From the IMG/VR virus record IMGVR_UViG_641736224_000035: DNA of 25,810 bases; one strand, written 5' to 3'. Source of the DNA: a virus (Duplodnaviria; Heunggongvirae; Uroviricota; Caudoviricetes). The translations under genes were made by a program, and so were the position numbers. Below the pieces are notes generated by a model. The model ran no database searches. It was not told where the DNA came from and was given only the letters and a program-made list of their open reading frames with translations. This document shows, piece by piece, positions 1 through 7,250 of the stretch (position 1 is its first letter; each line of letters starts with the position of its first letter).

Positions 1-981
1 CTAACGTCCTGCTTTTAACAATAACCAGATAAACACCGGCGCACCCAACGTTGCGGTGACCACGCCAATAGGCAGCTCTGCGGCAGCTAATGCCAGGCGC
101 GCTACAATATCGGCCAGCAGCAATGCGCTCGCCCCTGCCAGCGCGCAGCCGGGAAGTAATGCGCGATGATCGGTTAAACCACACAACCGAAGAATATGTG
201 GGATCACCAGACCAATAAAGCCGATAGCACCCGCCAGCGCTACACTGACGCCAACCATCCAGCCGGTCGCTGCCACCAGCACATTGCGCCAGAACCACAG
301 GGGTAAACCCAGTTGCCGCGCCGAGATCTCGCCAAGTGCTAACATATTCATCGGCCTGGACTGACAACAGATCCACAACAACATGGGGATCAATGCCAGC
401 ATCAGCCAGCTTTGCCGCCAGTCTACGCCGCCAAAACCGCCCATCATCCAGTACATCAGCTGACGTAAATCAACAGAGGTGGAAAAGTAGATAGCCCACG
501 TCATTAGTGCGCTACAGATAATCCCTAATGCAACGCCAGCCAGCAATAACCGACTGGTCGAAAGATGACGACGGGCGAAACGTAAGAGTATTAAAGTGAT
601 GATAAGCGCCCCAGCAATCGCACACAGCCCTAGCGCCCAGTTGGGGAGTTGCCCTTGCCCAAGCAATACCGCGGCGATAAGCCCCACGCCTGCGCCGTTA
701 GAGACGCCAAGTAGTCCAGGTTCTGCCAGAGGATTTTCAAACAACGCCTGCATTACAGCGCCGGATATAGCCAGCGCCGCACCAACCAGCAATACAGCCA
801 GCGTACGTGGCAGGCGAATTTGCCAGACGAACAGTTCGCCACGAGGAGAAAACCAGTCACCTGGCGAGATCCATTGTTCACCGGCGCAAAGGCTTAAGAG
901 AAGCGCCAGCAGCATCAAAACTGACAGGCATAATAACCAGCGAATATTTTGTCGCTGTTGTTGGCGGGCAAGTGTCAGCAT
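1..981 (-). CDS. btuC: Vitamin B12 ABC transporter permease BtuC (complete, 326 aa)
   Basis: Translation ([44 protein letters not shown]...) is recognised as near-identical to E. coli BtuC; multi-pass hydrophobic profile; ATG at 979-981 (cat on + strand), stop at 1-3. Confidence 0.92.
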   Translation of the reverse strand: MLTLARQQQRQNIRWLLCLSVLMLLALLLSLCAGEQWISPGDWFSPRGELFVWQIRLPRTLAVLLVGAALAISGAVMQALFENPLAEPGLLGVSNGAGVGLIAAVLLGQGQLPNWALGLCAIAGALIITLILLRFARRHLSTSRLLLAGVALGIICSALMTWAIYFSTSVDLRQLMYWMMGGFGGVDWRQSWLMLALIPMLLWICCQSRPMNMLALGEISARQLGLPLWFWRNVLVAATGWMVGVSVALAGAIGFIGLVIPHILRLCGLTDHRALLPGCALAGASALLLADIVARLALAAAELPIGVVTATLGAPVFIWLLLKAGR

Positions 982-1040
982 GGTATCCGTTCTGCTGAAG
1001 TGTCATGGCGTTGATTTTACGGTGACTCTTCGACAGTGAA

Positions 1041-1064
1041 AAGAAAAAAGGCCGCAGAGCGGCC
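1041..1064 (-). terminator. Candidate rho-independent terminator read on the minus strand
   Basis: Perfect 6-bp GC stem ggccgc/gcggcc (1050-1055 / 1059-1064, 3-nt loop) preceded on the + strand by an A-run (1041-1049), i.e. a U-run after the hairpin on the minus strand. Lies downstream of the minus-strand gene ending at 1174 and upstream of btuC. Confidence 0.45.
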
Positions 1065-1173
1065 ATAAACACAAGCAAAAATCAATAAGTTAGATAATTA
1101 TCAAAGACTTACAGACACACAAAAACACAGCCAACCACAACAAATAACAGGGATGTGGTCAATTTGTGGATCA

Positions 1174-1728
1174 TCAGCCAACAAATTTAGCAACAAATAC
1201 AGCAACCGCCGCCGTGAAAATGGTTGTGCATACTGGCACAATAATGCCACTCCAACGCCACTTCGTATTATCATCAACCTTGTCAAACCGCCGATTCATC
1301 TCATCCATAATCTTGTCAAAGCGTTTATCCATCGCTTCGGTAAGCTCACCCTTCAGGCTGTTAATGTCTGATTTGAGCTGCTCTTTCAGGTGAGCTGTAT
1401 CAGATTTAAGCTCACCTTTTAGATTCGCAATATCGCATTTAAGATCACCTTTCAGATGAGCAATGTCTGCTTTGAGCTCACCTTTCACCTCACCAACATC
1501 AGCTTTGGTTGAGAGGTTTGTAGTGCGTTCAGTAAGCGTCGCAAGGTCGTTTCTTGTTAGCGATAAATCACCTTCGAGTCGCTCAATTCGCCTTTCAAGT
1601 TTATCTGACATTCCGCCTCCACTACTGCCGCCATCGCCGCCATGATAAAGCACATCACGCTCAGAATGCGACATACTACCTGCTGAATTACCGAAAAGGT
1701 TTCTTGCTGCATTACCCATTTTCACCAT
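1174..1728 (-). CDS. Tail-anchored coiled-coil membrane protein with tandem 11-residue repeats (184 aa; alternative start at 1611 gives 145 aa)
   Basis: ORF with C-terminal hydrophobic segment (IIVPVCTTIFTAAVAVFVAKFVG), central repeats DIAHLKGDLKC / DIANLKGELKS / DTAHLKEQLKS / DINSLKGELTE, Gly/Ser-rich N-terminus. ATG at 1726-1728 verified; internal ATG at 1609-1611 preceded by GGAGG. Family not recognised. Confidence 0.6.
   Translation of the reverse strand: MVKMGNAARNLFGNSAGSMSHSERDVLYHGGDGGSSGGGMSDKLERRIERLEGDLSLTRNDLATLTERTTNLSTKADVGEVKGELKADIAHLKGDLKCDIANLKGELKSDTAHLKEQLKSDINSLKGELTEAMDKRFDKIMDEMNRRFDKVDDNTKWRWSGIIVPVCTTIFTAAVAVFVAKFVG
1333..1497. repeat. Five imperfect tandem 33-bp repeats (in-frame, encode the 11-residue protein repeats)
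   Basis: Units 1333-1365, 1366-1398, 1399-1431, 1432-1464, 1465-1497 share a core ttNagctcacctttcag on the + strand; counted directly from the sequence. Confidence 0.65.
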
Positions 1729-2212
1729 CCTGCGCTTTGTCTTTCTCCAACCACTTCAGCACCGCAGACGTACGGTAAAGGCTCAGGTAACCACAATTCA
1801 GGCAATGCAGCGTGTAATAAGTTTTGCGCATATCAGGTATGCTCTTAACATCACCAAAAAAAGTATAAGATACATAATGCTTTATGTTCTCTTTAATTAA
1901 CTCACTCTGCTCCTCCAAGGGTAGATTGTTAAAATTTTCTGGTTTCTTATTTTTATCCCAACAAAGATCCATACTTTCAGGAATAGATAATCGCGACGAT
2001 CCACATGAAGGGCAGACACTGGAGACCCCCTTCTCAGACAAGAAACGGAAGAAGATTTCTGGCGTAATCTCCATCAGCCGCTCTTTATGTTTTTTGACAC
2101 GACTCATCGACTTCTTATTGATTTCATCAGCTTCTTCTTTGCATTTATCTTCTATATATTTCGATAGTAAATAGTCATATAACTCTTTTTTTGTAGGTTT
2201 TTTTATTTCCAT
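1712..2212 (-). CDS. Hypothetical zinc-ribbon protein, AT-rich cargo gene (166 aa)
   Basis: ATG at 2210-2212, two nt after the integrase stop, with a GGGAGG Shine-Dalgarno inside the integrase 3' end. Two CxxCG motifs (CPSCG, CLNCG) about 65 residues apart; Lys/Glu-rich; visibly lower GC than the neighbours. Family not recognised. Confidence 0.55.
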   Translation of the reverse strand: MEIKKPTKKELYDYLLSKYIEDKCKEEADEINKKSMSRVKKHKERLMEITPEIFFRFLSEKGVSSVCPSCGSSRLSIPESMDLCWDKNKKPENFNNLPLEEQSELIKENIKHYVSYTFFGDVKSIPDMRKTYYTLHCLNCGYLSLYRTSAVLKWLEKDKAQDGENG

Positions 2213-2214
2213 AG

Positions 2215-3192
2215 TTACATTCCTCCCAAGGGATTAAACCTCACCGCATCCTGCAAGTAATCCGGCGCAAGATGGGCATAAATCATCGTTGTCTGAATCT
2301 TTGCGTGCCCCAGAATTTTCTGGAGCGTCAGAATATTGCCGCCGTTCATCATGAAATGACTGGCGAAGGTGTGGCGCAGCGCATGAACAGCCTGGCCGTC
2401 GGGAACATCAGGTGCGACCGTTTTGATGACATCGCGAACCAATGGATAATCCAGCGTCGGAAACACCAGTTTCCCGCCCCGTTTTTTGATCTTTTCAAAC
2501 AGGCTTTCAGAAATAGGAACGGTACGGTTTTTGCTGTTCTTCGTTTTTGAAAAAGTGATTCGACAATGAAGAACACGGCGCTGCTCCAGTGCCGCTACCT
2601 CGCCCCATCGCGCCCCGGTCGACAGAAGGATTTCGACAGCCAGCCGTTCATCGGGATTTTCAGCCAGTGCATCCAGCAACTGAACACATTCAGACTTACT
2701 CAGATATCCCATTTCACGCTCGTTAACCTTCATTCCTTTAAGGCCTTGAACGGGGTTATCATTAAGAAAATGGCCGGATGAGATGAGTGCGGTAAACATC
2801 GCGCTTAACGCCCCAATCTCTCGATTTATGGTGCTGGGCTGTATCCCCTGCTCTATCCTGGACACACGTAGCTCGGTGAGCATTGTTGTATTAAGTTTAT
2901 GCACGCACGGGTCATCCATTGCCTCACTCAAGCGCAGCAATTTAAGGCGCGTGTTATGCCCTGACTTCATTAGCTGGCCGTGGTATTTCCACCACAAGTC
3001 AATAAGCACTGACAGAGGACGGCGATCAATAGAGTTTCCTTTCCACTCATTGTTATGCTGTTGCGCCAGCACCCACCGCTCATATAAAACTGCATCCGAT
3101 TTCGTTTTAAATTTTTTGCGAATGCGTTTGCCTTTACGCCCCTCAGGGCGCATGTCAAGAAGATACCCTCCCGGAATTGATTTTATGCTCAT
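2215..3192 (-). CDS. int: P2-type tyrosine integrase (site-specific recombinase)
   Basis: C-terminus ...HALRHTFASHFMMNGGNILTLQKILGHAKIQTTMIYAHLAPDYLQDAVRFNPL carries the R-H-R-Y tyrosine-recombinase signature. N-terminus MSIKSIPGGYLLDMRPEGRKGKRIRKKF aligns with remembered P2 Int; ATG 3190-3192 verified. The ORF track's longer version (to 3342) is probably an upstream extension. Confidence 0.85.
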   Translation of the reverse strand: MSIKSIPGGYLLDMRPEGRKGKRIRKKFKTKSDAVLYERWVLAQQHNNEWKGNSIDRRPLSVLIDLWWKYHGQLMKSGHNTRLKLLRLSEAMDDPCVHKLNTTMLTELRVSRIEQGIQPSTINREIGALSAMFTALISSGHFLNDNPVQGLKGMKVNEREMGYLSKSECVQLLDALAENPDERLAVEILLSTGARWGEVAALEQRRVLHCRITFSKTKNSKNRTVPISESLFEKIKKRGGKLVFPTLDYPLVRDVIKTVAPDVPDGQAVHALRHTFASHFMMNGGNILTLQKILGHAKIQTTMIYAHLAPDYLQDAVRFNPLGGM

Positions 3193-3241
3193 TCGTGAAA
3201 CCCCAGCGTTACAAGACCACCATGCCCCCAGCGCTCCATGA

Positions 3242-3550
3242 TTAGCCGGGCTGTGTGCCAGTCTTGCGGGGTTTTTGAGAAGGCGATGTGCTTTTTGGCC
3301 CATCAGGGGAGAGAGACGGACTGATCTGCCCAGCAGCCTCATTTGTTTTTCCCGTCATAAGCCAATTCATGTACTTAAAAAAGCGAGGGTGATTAACAAT
3401 CTTGATAAGCACTTCGCCCCCTATGTTTTCAATCCGCCCCGTTTCATAACGACGCAAAGTGCCGATAGGCACATCAATCAGGCCGCAAAATTCTTCGCGC
3501 GTTAAATCCTCTGATTCACGAATCACTCTAATTTTTTCACCGATAAGCAT
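3242..3550 (-). CDS. Immunity repressor (P2 C-like), about 103 aa
   Basis: Small ORF directly upstream of and co-oriented with int, divergent from the early operon; helix-turn-helix-like segment (DLTREEFCGLIDVPIGTLRRYETGR). ATG at 3548-3550 chosen; the GTG at 3586 would place the start inside the operator palindrome. Confidence 0.65.
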   Translation of the reverse strand: MLIGEKIRVIRESEDLTREEFCGLIDVPIGTLRRYETGRIENIGGEVLIKIVNHPRFFKYMNWLMTGKTNEAAGQISPSLSPDGPKSTSPSQKPRKTGTQPG

Positions 3551-3646
3551 TGACAGTGTTCCTATAAGTACACTAAGCTTGCGCACAAGGTGTACTTATA
3601 AGTACACCAAGTCACAAACAACCACAGATAGCGCAGGTTATCACAC
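3551..3646. promoter_or_regulatory. Lysis/lysogeny switch region with palindromic operator
   Basis: Perfect 20-bp palindrome GGTGTACTTATAAGTACACC at 3589-3608, and a further copy of its half-site TATAAGTACAC at 3563-3573, between divergent repressor (start 3550) and cox-like (start 3647) genes. Exact -35/-10 elements not confidently placed. Confidence 0.5.
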
Positions 3647-3925
3647 ATGGCAAAAGTCCTGAACACACACGAACAGGCAGACTTTGAGCGTTTAGCAGCG
3701 TTCTATCCCTACCGCGATGAGCATGGGTTACCAGTACTTGAAGAAAGCCTGAAAGATTACGCAAAGCGTACCAACCAAGCTGTTAACACAGTGAAAAGAC
3801 AGGCTGACAGAGGTTCAATTCCCATCAACCAGGATGAAAAGAACTCAAGACGCACAGTAAATCTCTTCGCTCTTTTCCTGAAAACAATCAGGAGCGCAGA
3901 AAAATACGTGCAGATGACAAAATAA
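3647..3925 (+). CDS. First gene of early operon; Cox/Apl-like excisionase-regulator by position and size (92 aa)
   Basis: ATG 3647 verified; small ORF divergent from the repressor, as for P2 cox / 186 apl. Assignment is positional, not by recognised sequence. Confidence 0.5.
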   Translation: MAKVLNTHEQADFERLAAFYPYRDEHGLPVLEESLKDYAKRTNQAVNTVKRQADRGSIPINQDEKNSRRTVNLFALFLKTIRSAEKYVQMTK

Positions 3926-3939
3926 CGAGGTGTCATTTT

Positions 3940-4278
3940 ATGCTGAAGCAACGCCGTAATTTTCGTACCGGAACAGAACGCCACGCTAACCGTTTCACTA
4001 CCAGTGCATCACGCAGCAACATCCGCTACAGCCTGAGTGATACACACGCAACGCCGGATGGCTACCCAGTAAAACAAATCGGCGAGCACGCCTGGCTGAT
4101 TGAGAAAGCTGGAATCGTGATCCACAAATGCCCACGCAATCCGTTTACCGGAAACCGCATTTTTGCATTGAGCTGTGGCGACAATCAGTTCGGGCAGGAT
4201 TTCACATTATACGAAGCACTTCGCACGGTTGATCGTCTGCTTCGCGGGCAAAGTTTTATTAAACAGGCTGATTTATAA
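3940..4278 (+). CDS. Hypothetical early protein (112 aa)
   Basis: ORF with GAGGTG Shine-Dalgarno upstream; co-oriented in the early operon. Confidence 0.5.
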   Translation: MLKQRRNFRTGTERHANRFTTSASRSNIRYSLSDTHATPDGYPVKQIGEHAWLIEKAGIVIHKCPRNPFTGNRIFALSCGDNQFGQDFTLYEALRTVDRLLRGQSFIKQADL

Positions 4279-4288
4279 CAGGCGCTTT

Positions 4289-4576
4289 ATGACCAAAGAC
4301 CATGCACAAGGTGTATTTATCCGTTTTATTGATTTTCGCGGTGAACTGTTATTACGTGCATCCGCTATTGACGGAGTGACTCCGGCGGGTAAAAACGGAA
4401 CCGACGAAGCCACTTACGTTTATCTGAACGGCACGCGACTGCTTGTGGAACTTCCGTACCAGACCGTACGAGAAATCATTAGCGAAGCTGAAAAGGCACG
4501 CCAGGTTAATGCCGATGAACCCTATATCGAAATTATTTGTATGGATTCAGAAGCTGAAATACAGAAAGCAGATTAA
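4289..4576 (+). CDS. Hypothetical early protein (95 aa)
   Basis: ATG at 4289-4291 (internal Met of track ORF 4175..4576; the upstream part overlaps the previous gene in another frame). Confidence 0.45.
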   Translation: MTKDHAQGVFIRFIDFRGELLLRASAIDGVTPAGKNGTDEATYVYLNGTRLLVELPYQTVREIISEAEKARQVNADEPYIEIICMDSEAEIQKAD

Positions 4577-4587
4577 AGGGCGTTGTG

Positions 4588-4830
4588 ATGGGCAAAGAAT
4601 ATAAAACTCTCATTAACAAAGCACTTGAGCGTTTTTATTTTCGCTTAAGTGCATCAGGCGCTCATGCTGAACGTGCGGCCCGTGACTCATTGACCAGAGC
4701 AATCCGAAGTCTGTATGACGTGGCTTTTTACGCTGATGATCTGGATGCACTTAACGAACTTTCCGAGCTGATCTGTGCCGCAGAATGCGGGGAACATATT
4801 GAACCGTATAAGCTGGGAAATATCGCATGA
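4588..4830 (+). CDS. Hypothetical early protein (80 aa)
   Basis: ATG at 4588 preceded by AAAGGG; the track start at 4585 is a GTG one codon upstream. Confidence 0.5.
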   Translation: MGKEYKTLINKALERFYFRLSASGAHAERAARDSLTRAIRSLYDVAFYADDLDALNELSELICAAECGEHIEPYKLGNIA

Positions 4831-4940
4831 GTATATTTATCTCATGGCTTGTTCTGATTATTTCGGTGGTCTGCGCCATTGGGATTATGCGAATTATTAA
4901 TTCAGTGAAAAAGATCGAGCGTTTTTTCTCTGATGAATAA
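4827..4940 (+). CDS. Possible small hydrophobic peptide (37 aa), translationally coupled
   Basis: ATGA start/stop overlap with the preceding gene at 4827-4830; translation MSIFISWLVLIISVVCAIGIMRIINSVKKIERFFSDE has one predicted transmembrane helix. Below the ORF-track size cut-off; read manually. Confidence 0.3.
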   Translation: MSIFISWLVLIISVVCAIGIMRIINSVKKIERFFSDE

Positions 4941-5096
4941 CGATACAAATAAAACATCAAATTAAATAAGAAAACGTGAAAACCATCCGTATTAATGGAG
5001 GTATTCGCACGCGTAAATAACGGAGATATAAAATGAAAGCAAAAGAAGAAGGCATTATCGACACATTAAAAAAAAATATCAGAAGCGGAAGATGAA

Positions 5097-5450
5097 ATGG
5101 CTAAAGATGCCGTGAAGCGTAGCCAACATATGGCAGCACTTCACGCACTGACCATTGCAAAAATCACCGCTGACGCAGCCAAAATTATTGAGGAACAGGG
5201 CAAAGAAATCGATACTCTTAAAACACAGTCAACAGTTGCAGCCATGAATCCGTCCAGCATTGGACGCCGCATTTACATTCTTGGTTCGGCAATAATGACG
5301 CAATACACCATTATTGCCGAACTGCACGGCAAATACCTGATAACGCCTTACCACACAAAAGAGTCAGAGCTTCTGACAAATCTCCGCCTGATAGAACGCT
5401 CTCAAGCTGTATTCATTGATGACGCGCAACGTGCCGTATTTAACGCATAG
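5097..5450 (+). CDS. Hypothetical early protein (117 aa)
   Basis: ATG 5097 verified; follows an AT-rich spacer. Confidence 0.5.
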   Translation: MAKDAVKRSQHMAALHALTIAKITADAAKIIEEQGKEIDTLKTQSTVAAMNPSSIGRRIYILGSAIMTQYTIIAELHGKYLITPYHTKESELLTNLRLIERSQAVFIDDAQRAVFNA

Positions 5451-5473
5451 GGTTACTGGACAAAGGGGGCGCA

Positions 5474-5677
5474 ATGGCAATTAAGCATTTTCCCGTCGTT
5501 CGCTTTACCTCCAGAGGGCGCGAATACGAGGTCGACGAACGCCTGATTACCACTATCGACAAACATCGTTCGGAAAAGGATGCACACCACATCTACCTCA
5601 CTGACGGCACTTACTTCTGCGCCACCAACGTGGCGCGAGTAAATCTTATCCGACAGGTACAGGAGCCACGCAGATGA
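5474..5677 (+). CDS. Hypothetical early protein (67 aa)
   Basis: ATG 5474 with AGGGGG Shine-Dalgarno. Confidence 0.45.
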   Translation: MAIKHFPVVRFTSRGREYEVDERLITTIDKHRSEKDAHHIYLTDGTYFCATNVARVNLIRQVQEPRR

Positions 5678-5940
5678 CCATTCTGGACTACATCGCTACT
5701 CATCCGGGGTGTAGCGGCGGAGAGATCGCCGCAGCACTGAATACCCCAACCACAGCCATTAATGCTGAGTTACGCCGACTTTGGCGCGGCGGCTTAGTCA
5801 TCAGAACAAACCGCAGCACAGGTGGTCGCGCTCGCAAAACAGGAGGCCAGGCTTCTTACCACGTAAACCCGATGCCGTTCGGGTGTAGCAATCCACTTAC
5901 TCACATGTTTAACCAGCTACTGAAGGAAGCCAGAGCATGA
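5674..5940 (+). CDS. Hypothetical winged-helix-like DNA-binding protein (88 aa)
   Basis: ATGA overlap with previous gene and AGGAG Shine-Dalgarno; N-terminal MTILDYIATHPGCSGGEIAAALNTPTTAINAELRRLWRGGLV resembles a winged-helix motif (inference). Confidence 0.5.
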   Translation: MTILDYIATHPGCSGGEIAAALNTPTTAINAELRRLWRGGLVIRTNRSTGGRARKTGGQASYHVNPMPFGCSNPLTHMFNQLLKEARA

Positions 5941-6236
5941 GCACCATCAACCACCAGAAGCTACGCGAACTGGCATTTGCCCTGCAACGAATGGCAACGC
6001 CTCAAAAATTACTGGCATTTCGCGCAATGCTCTCGCCGTCTGCTGTGCTGGCACTGCTGAATGAGCTGGAGCACGCCAGAACCACGGCTCCTGCCATTCG
6101 CCTGACGCTCCATCATGAAATCGCTGATTTCTGCGCGACGTTGGAGGCGCCGGGCGAACCGGAAACGCCGGAAGCAATACAGCAAGAGCTGCTGCAACGC
6201 ATTGACAAGGTTTTTGATTTTTTTCTGAACCAGTAA
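5937..6236 (+). CDS. Hypothetical early protein (99 aa)
   Basis: ATGA overlap with previous gene (5937-5940). Confidence 0.5.
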   Translation: MSTINHQKLRELAFALQRMATPQKLLAFRAMLSPSAVLALLNELEHARTTAPAIRLTLHHEIADFCATLEAPGEPETPEAIQQELLQRIDKVFDFFLNQ

Positions 6237-6358
6237 GAAACCAGAACATGCACACACAAAAAAACCGCTTGCCATGCCGCAATCAGTCAGGTTACATTTC
6301 CGCTGCACCTCATAAAACGGGTGCCGGGATTTCCACCCCGCTGACAACCAAAGCGCAC

Positions 6359-6379
6359 AACCGCGCCAGCGGTTTTTTT
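6359..6379 (+). terminator. Candidate rho-independent terminator inside the early region
   Basis: Stem aaccgc/gcggtt (6359-6364 / 6369-6374, loop gcca) followed by a T7 run to 6379. Confidence 0.55.
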
Positions 6380-6420
6380 GTGCGTACCGTATCGCCACGT
6401 CTTTTTCGCACACGAATTAT

Positions 6421-6499
6421 GGTGGGGCGTACAGGGCCGACTTCGGTCGGGCCGGGTTCTTTGGTTGCCGGTTGTGGAAACCCTGTACGTCTCACCACC
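6421..6499 (+). other. Candidate structured RNA element (nested GC-rich stems with UUCG tetraloop)
   Basis: ggtgg (6421-6425) pairs ccacc (6495-6499); cgtacaggg (6428-6436) pairs ccctgtacg (6481-6489); inner hairpin ccgac-ttcg-gtcgg (6437-6450). Not a tRNA cloverleaf. Function unknown. Confidence 0.3.
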
Positions 6500-6558
6500 C
6501 CGAGTTTTCCACCTCTGGATGGTGAGTTTTCAAAACTTACAACCAAAGAGGCCACCCC

Positions 6559-6864
6559 ATGGCAAACCGCAAACAACAGCGCGCATACGCTGCGCGTCGT
6601 CACATCCAGACTGAAATCAACCGCAGACTTTACCGCGCATCACGCGTCGCTCGTATCATGTTCATCAACATGTCACATGAGCACAGCCACGTGCTGTCAA
6701 ACGCCTACTCCGCCGCAGTATTAGCTATCTGGCGGATGATCTGCGCGAGCTTCAGCAGCTCATCGAGCAGCAAAACAAACCCCATTAATTCCTGTTCCGG
6801 GCCTTTCCTGCACCTTGCGGCGGGAGGCCTTCGCACATCTGTAGTAAAGAGAATTGCAGCATGA
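6559..6864 (+). CDS. Hypothetical protein (101 aa), C-terminal half of doubtful composition
   Basis: ATG 6559 with AAAGAGG Shine-Dalgarno at good spacing; stop overlaps the start of the next gene (ATGA at 6861-6864). The C-terminal part (SFSSSSSSK...) looks less protein-like than an alternative frame. Confidence 0.35.
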   Translation: MANRKQQRAYAARRHIQTEINRRLYRASRVARIMFINMSHEHSHVLSNAYSAAVLAIWRMICASFSSSSSSKTNPINSCSGPFLHLAAGGLRTSVVKRIAA

Positions 6865-7250
6865 TTGACGCTCATGACTTCACAAGATGGGTGCGCACAC
6901 AGGACACCCGTCTGGCTCCCGTTCTTCAGGGATTATTTGATCTCTACATCCGTGGTCGTGACAACAGAGCACGCACCACAAAACCGGAGAATGCAGACAC
7001 CCTTTATTTCACAGTAGACGACTGCTACCGCGTGGACTTCACACCACACGGGCTGGCGTTGCACTGCCTGACACCACACGGAGAATCACTGCTGGCGTAT
7101 TACGACTCCCCGGCCTCCGTATTTGCGGCAATGCTGGCGCATCGCACTGCTGGCGGGTGTGCCTCGCTGAGTGAATACACCGCTGAATTTAACCGCCTTT
7201 CTGCCCTCTTCTCGCAGGAGTGGCAGCGCGTGACGGGATACCAGCCATGA
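6861..7250 (+). CDS. Hypothetical protein upstream of the replication gene (129 aa)
   Basis: ATG 6861 verified; stop overlaps the A start (ATGA at 7247-7250). Confidence 0.55.
   Translation: MIDAHDFTRWVRTQDTRLAPVLQGLFDLYIRGRDNRARTTKPENADTLYFTVDDCYRVDFTPHGLALHCLTPHGESLLAYYDSPASVFAAMLAHRTAGGCASLSEYTAEFNRLSALFSQEWQRVTGYQP

Noticed and set aside
878-1286. Small minus-strand ORFs (878..1078, 1101..1286) as a possible ihfA
   Set aside because: Neither translation resembles IhfA; they overlap btuC or the terminator and are probably spurious.
1333-1497. CRISPR-like repeat array
   Set aside because: The repeats are directly tandem with no spacers, in-frame within a coding sequence, and each encodes an 11-residue protein repeat.
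2215-3586. Longer integrase (to 3342) and repressor (to 3586) versions from the ORF track
   Set aside because: The upstream extensions overlap the neighbouring gene or operator and do not align with the P2 Int N-terminus as remembered; internal ATGs at 3192 and 3550 fit better.
6421-6499. Possible tRNA
   Set aside because: Although strongly structured, it has no 7-bp acceptor stem with cloverleaf arms and no T-loop consensus; kept only as a generic structured element.
6248-6724. 158-aa plus-strand ORF
   Set aside because: Reads through the predicted terminator and the structured element in a Pro/Thr/Ser-rich frame with no start context; probably a chance ORF in GC-rich DNA.
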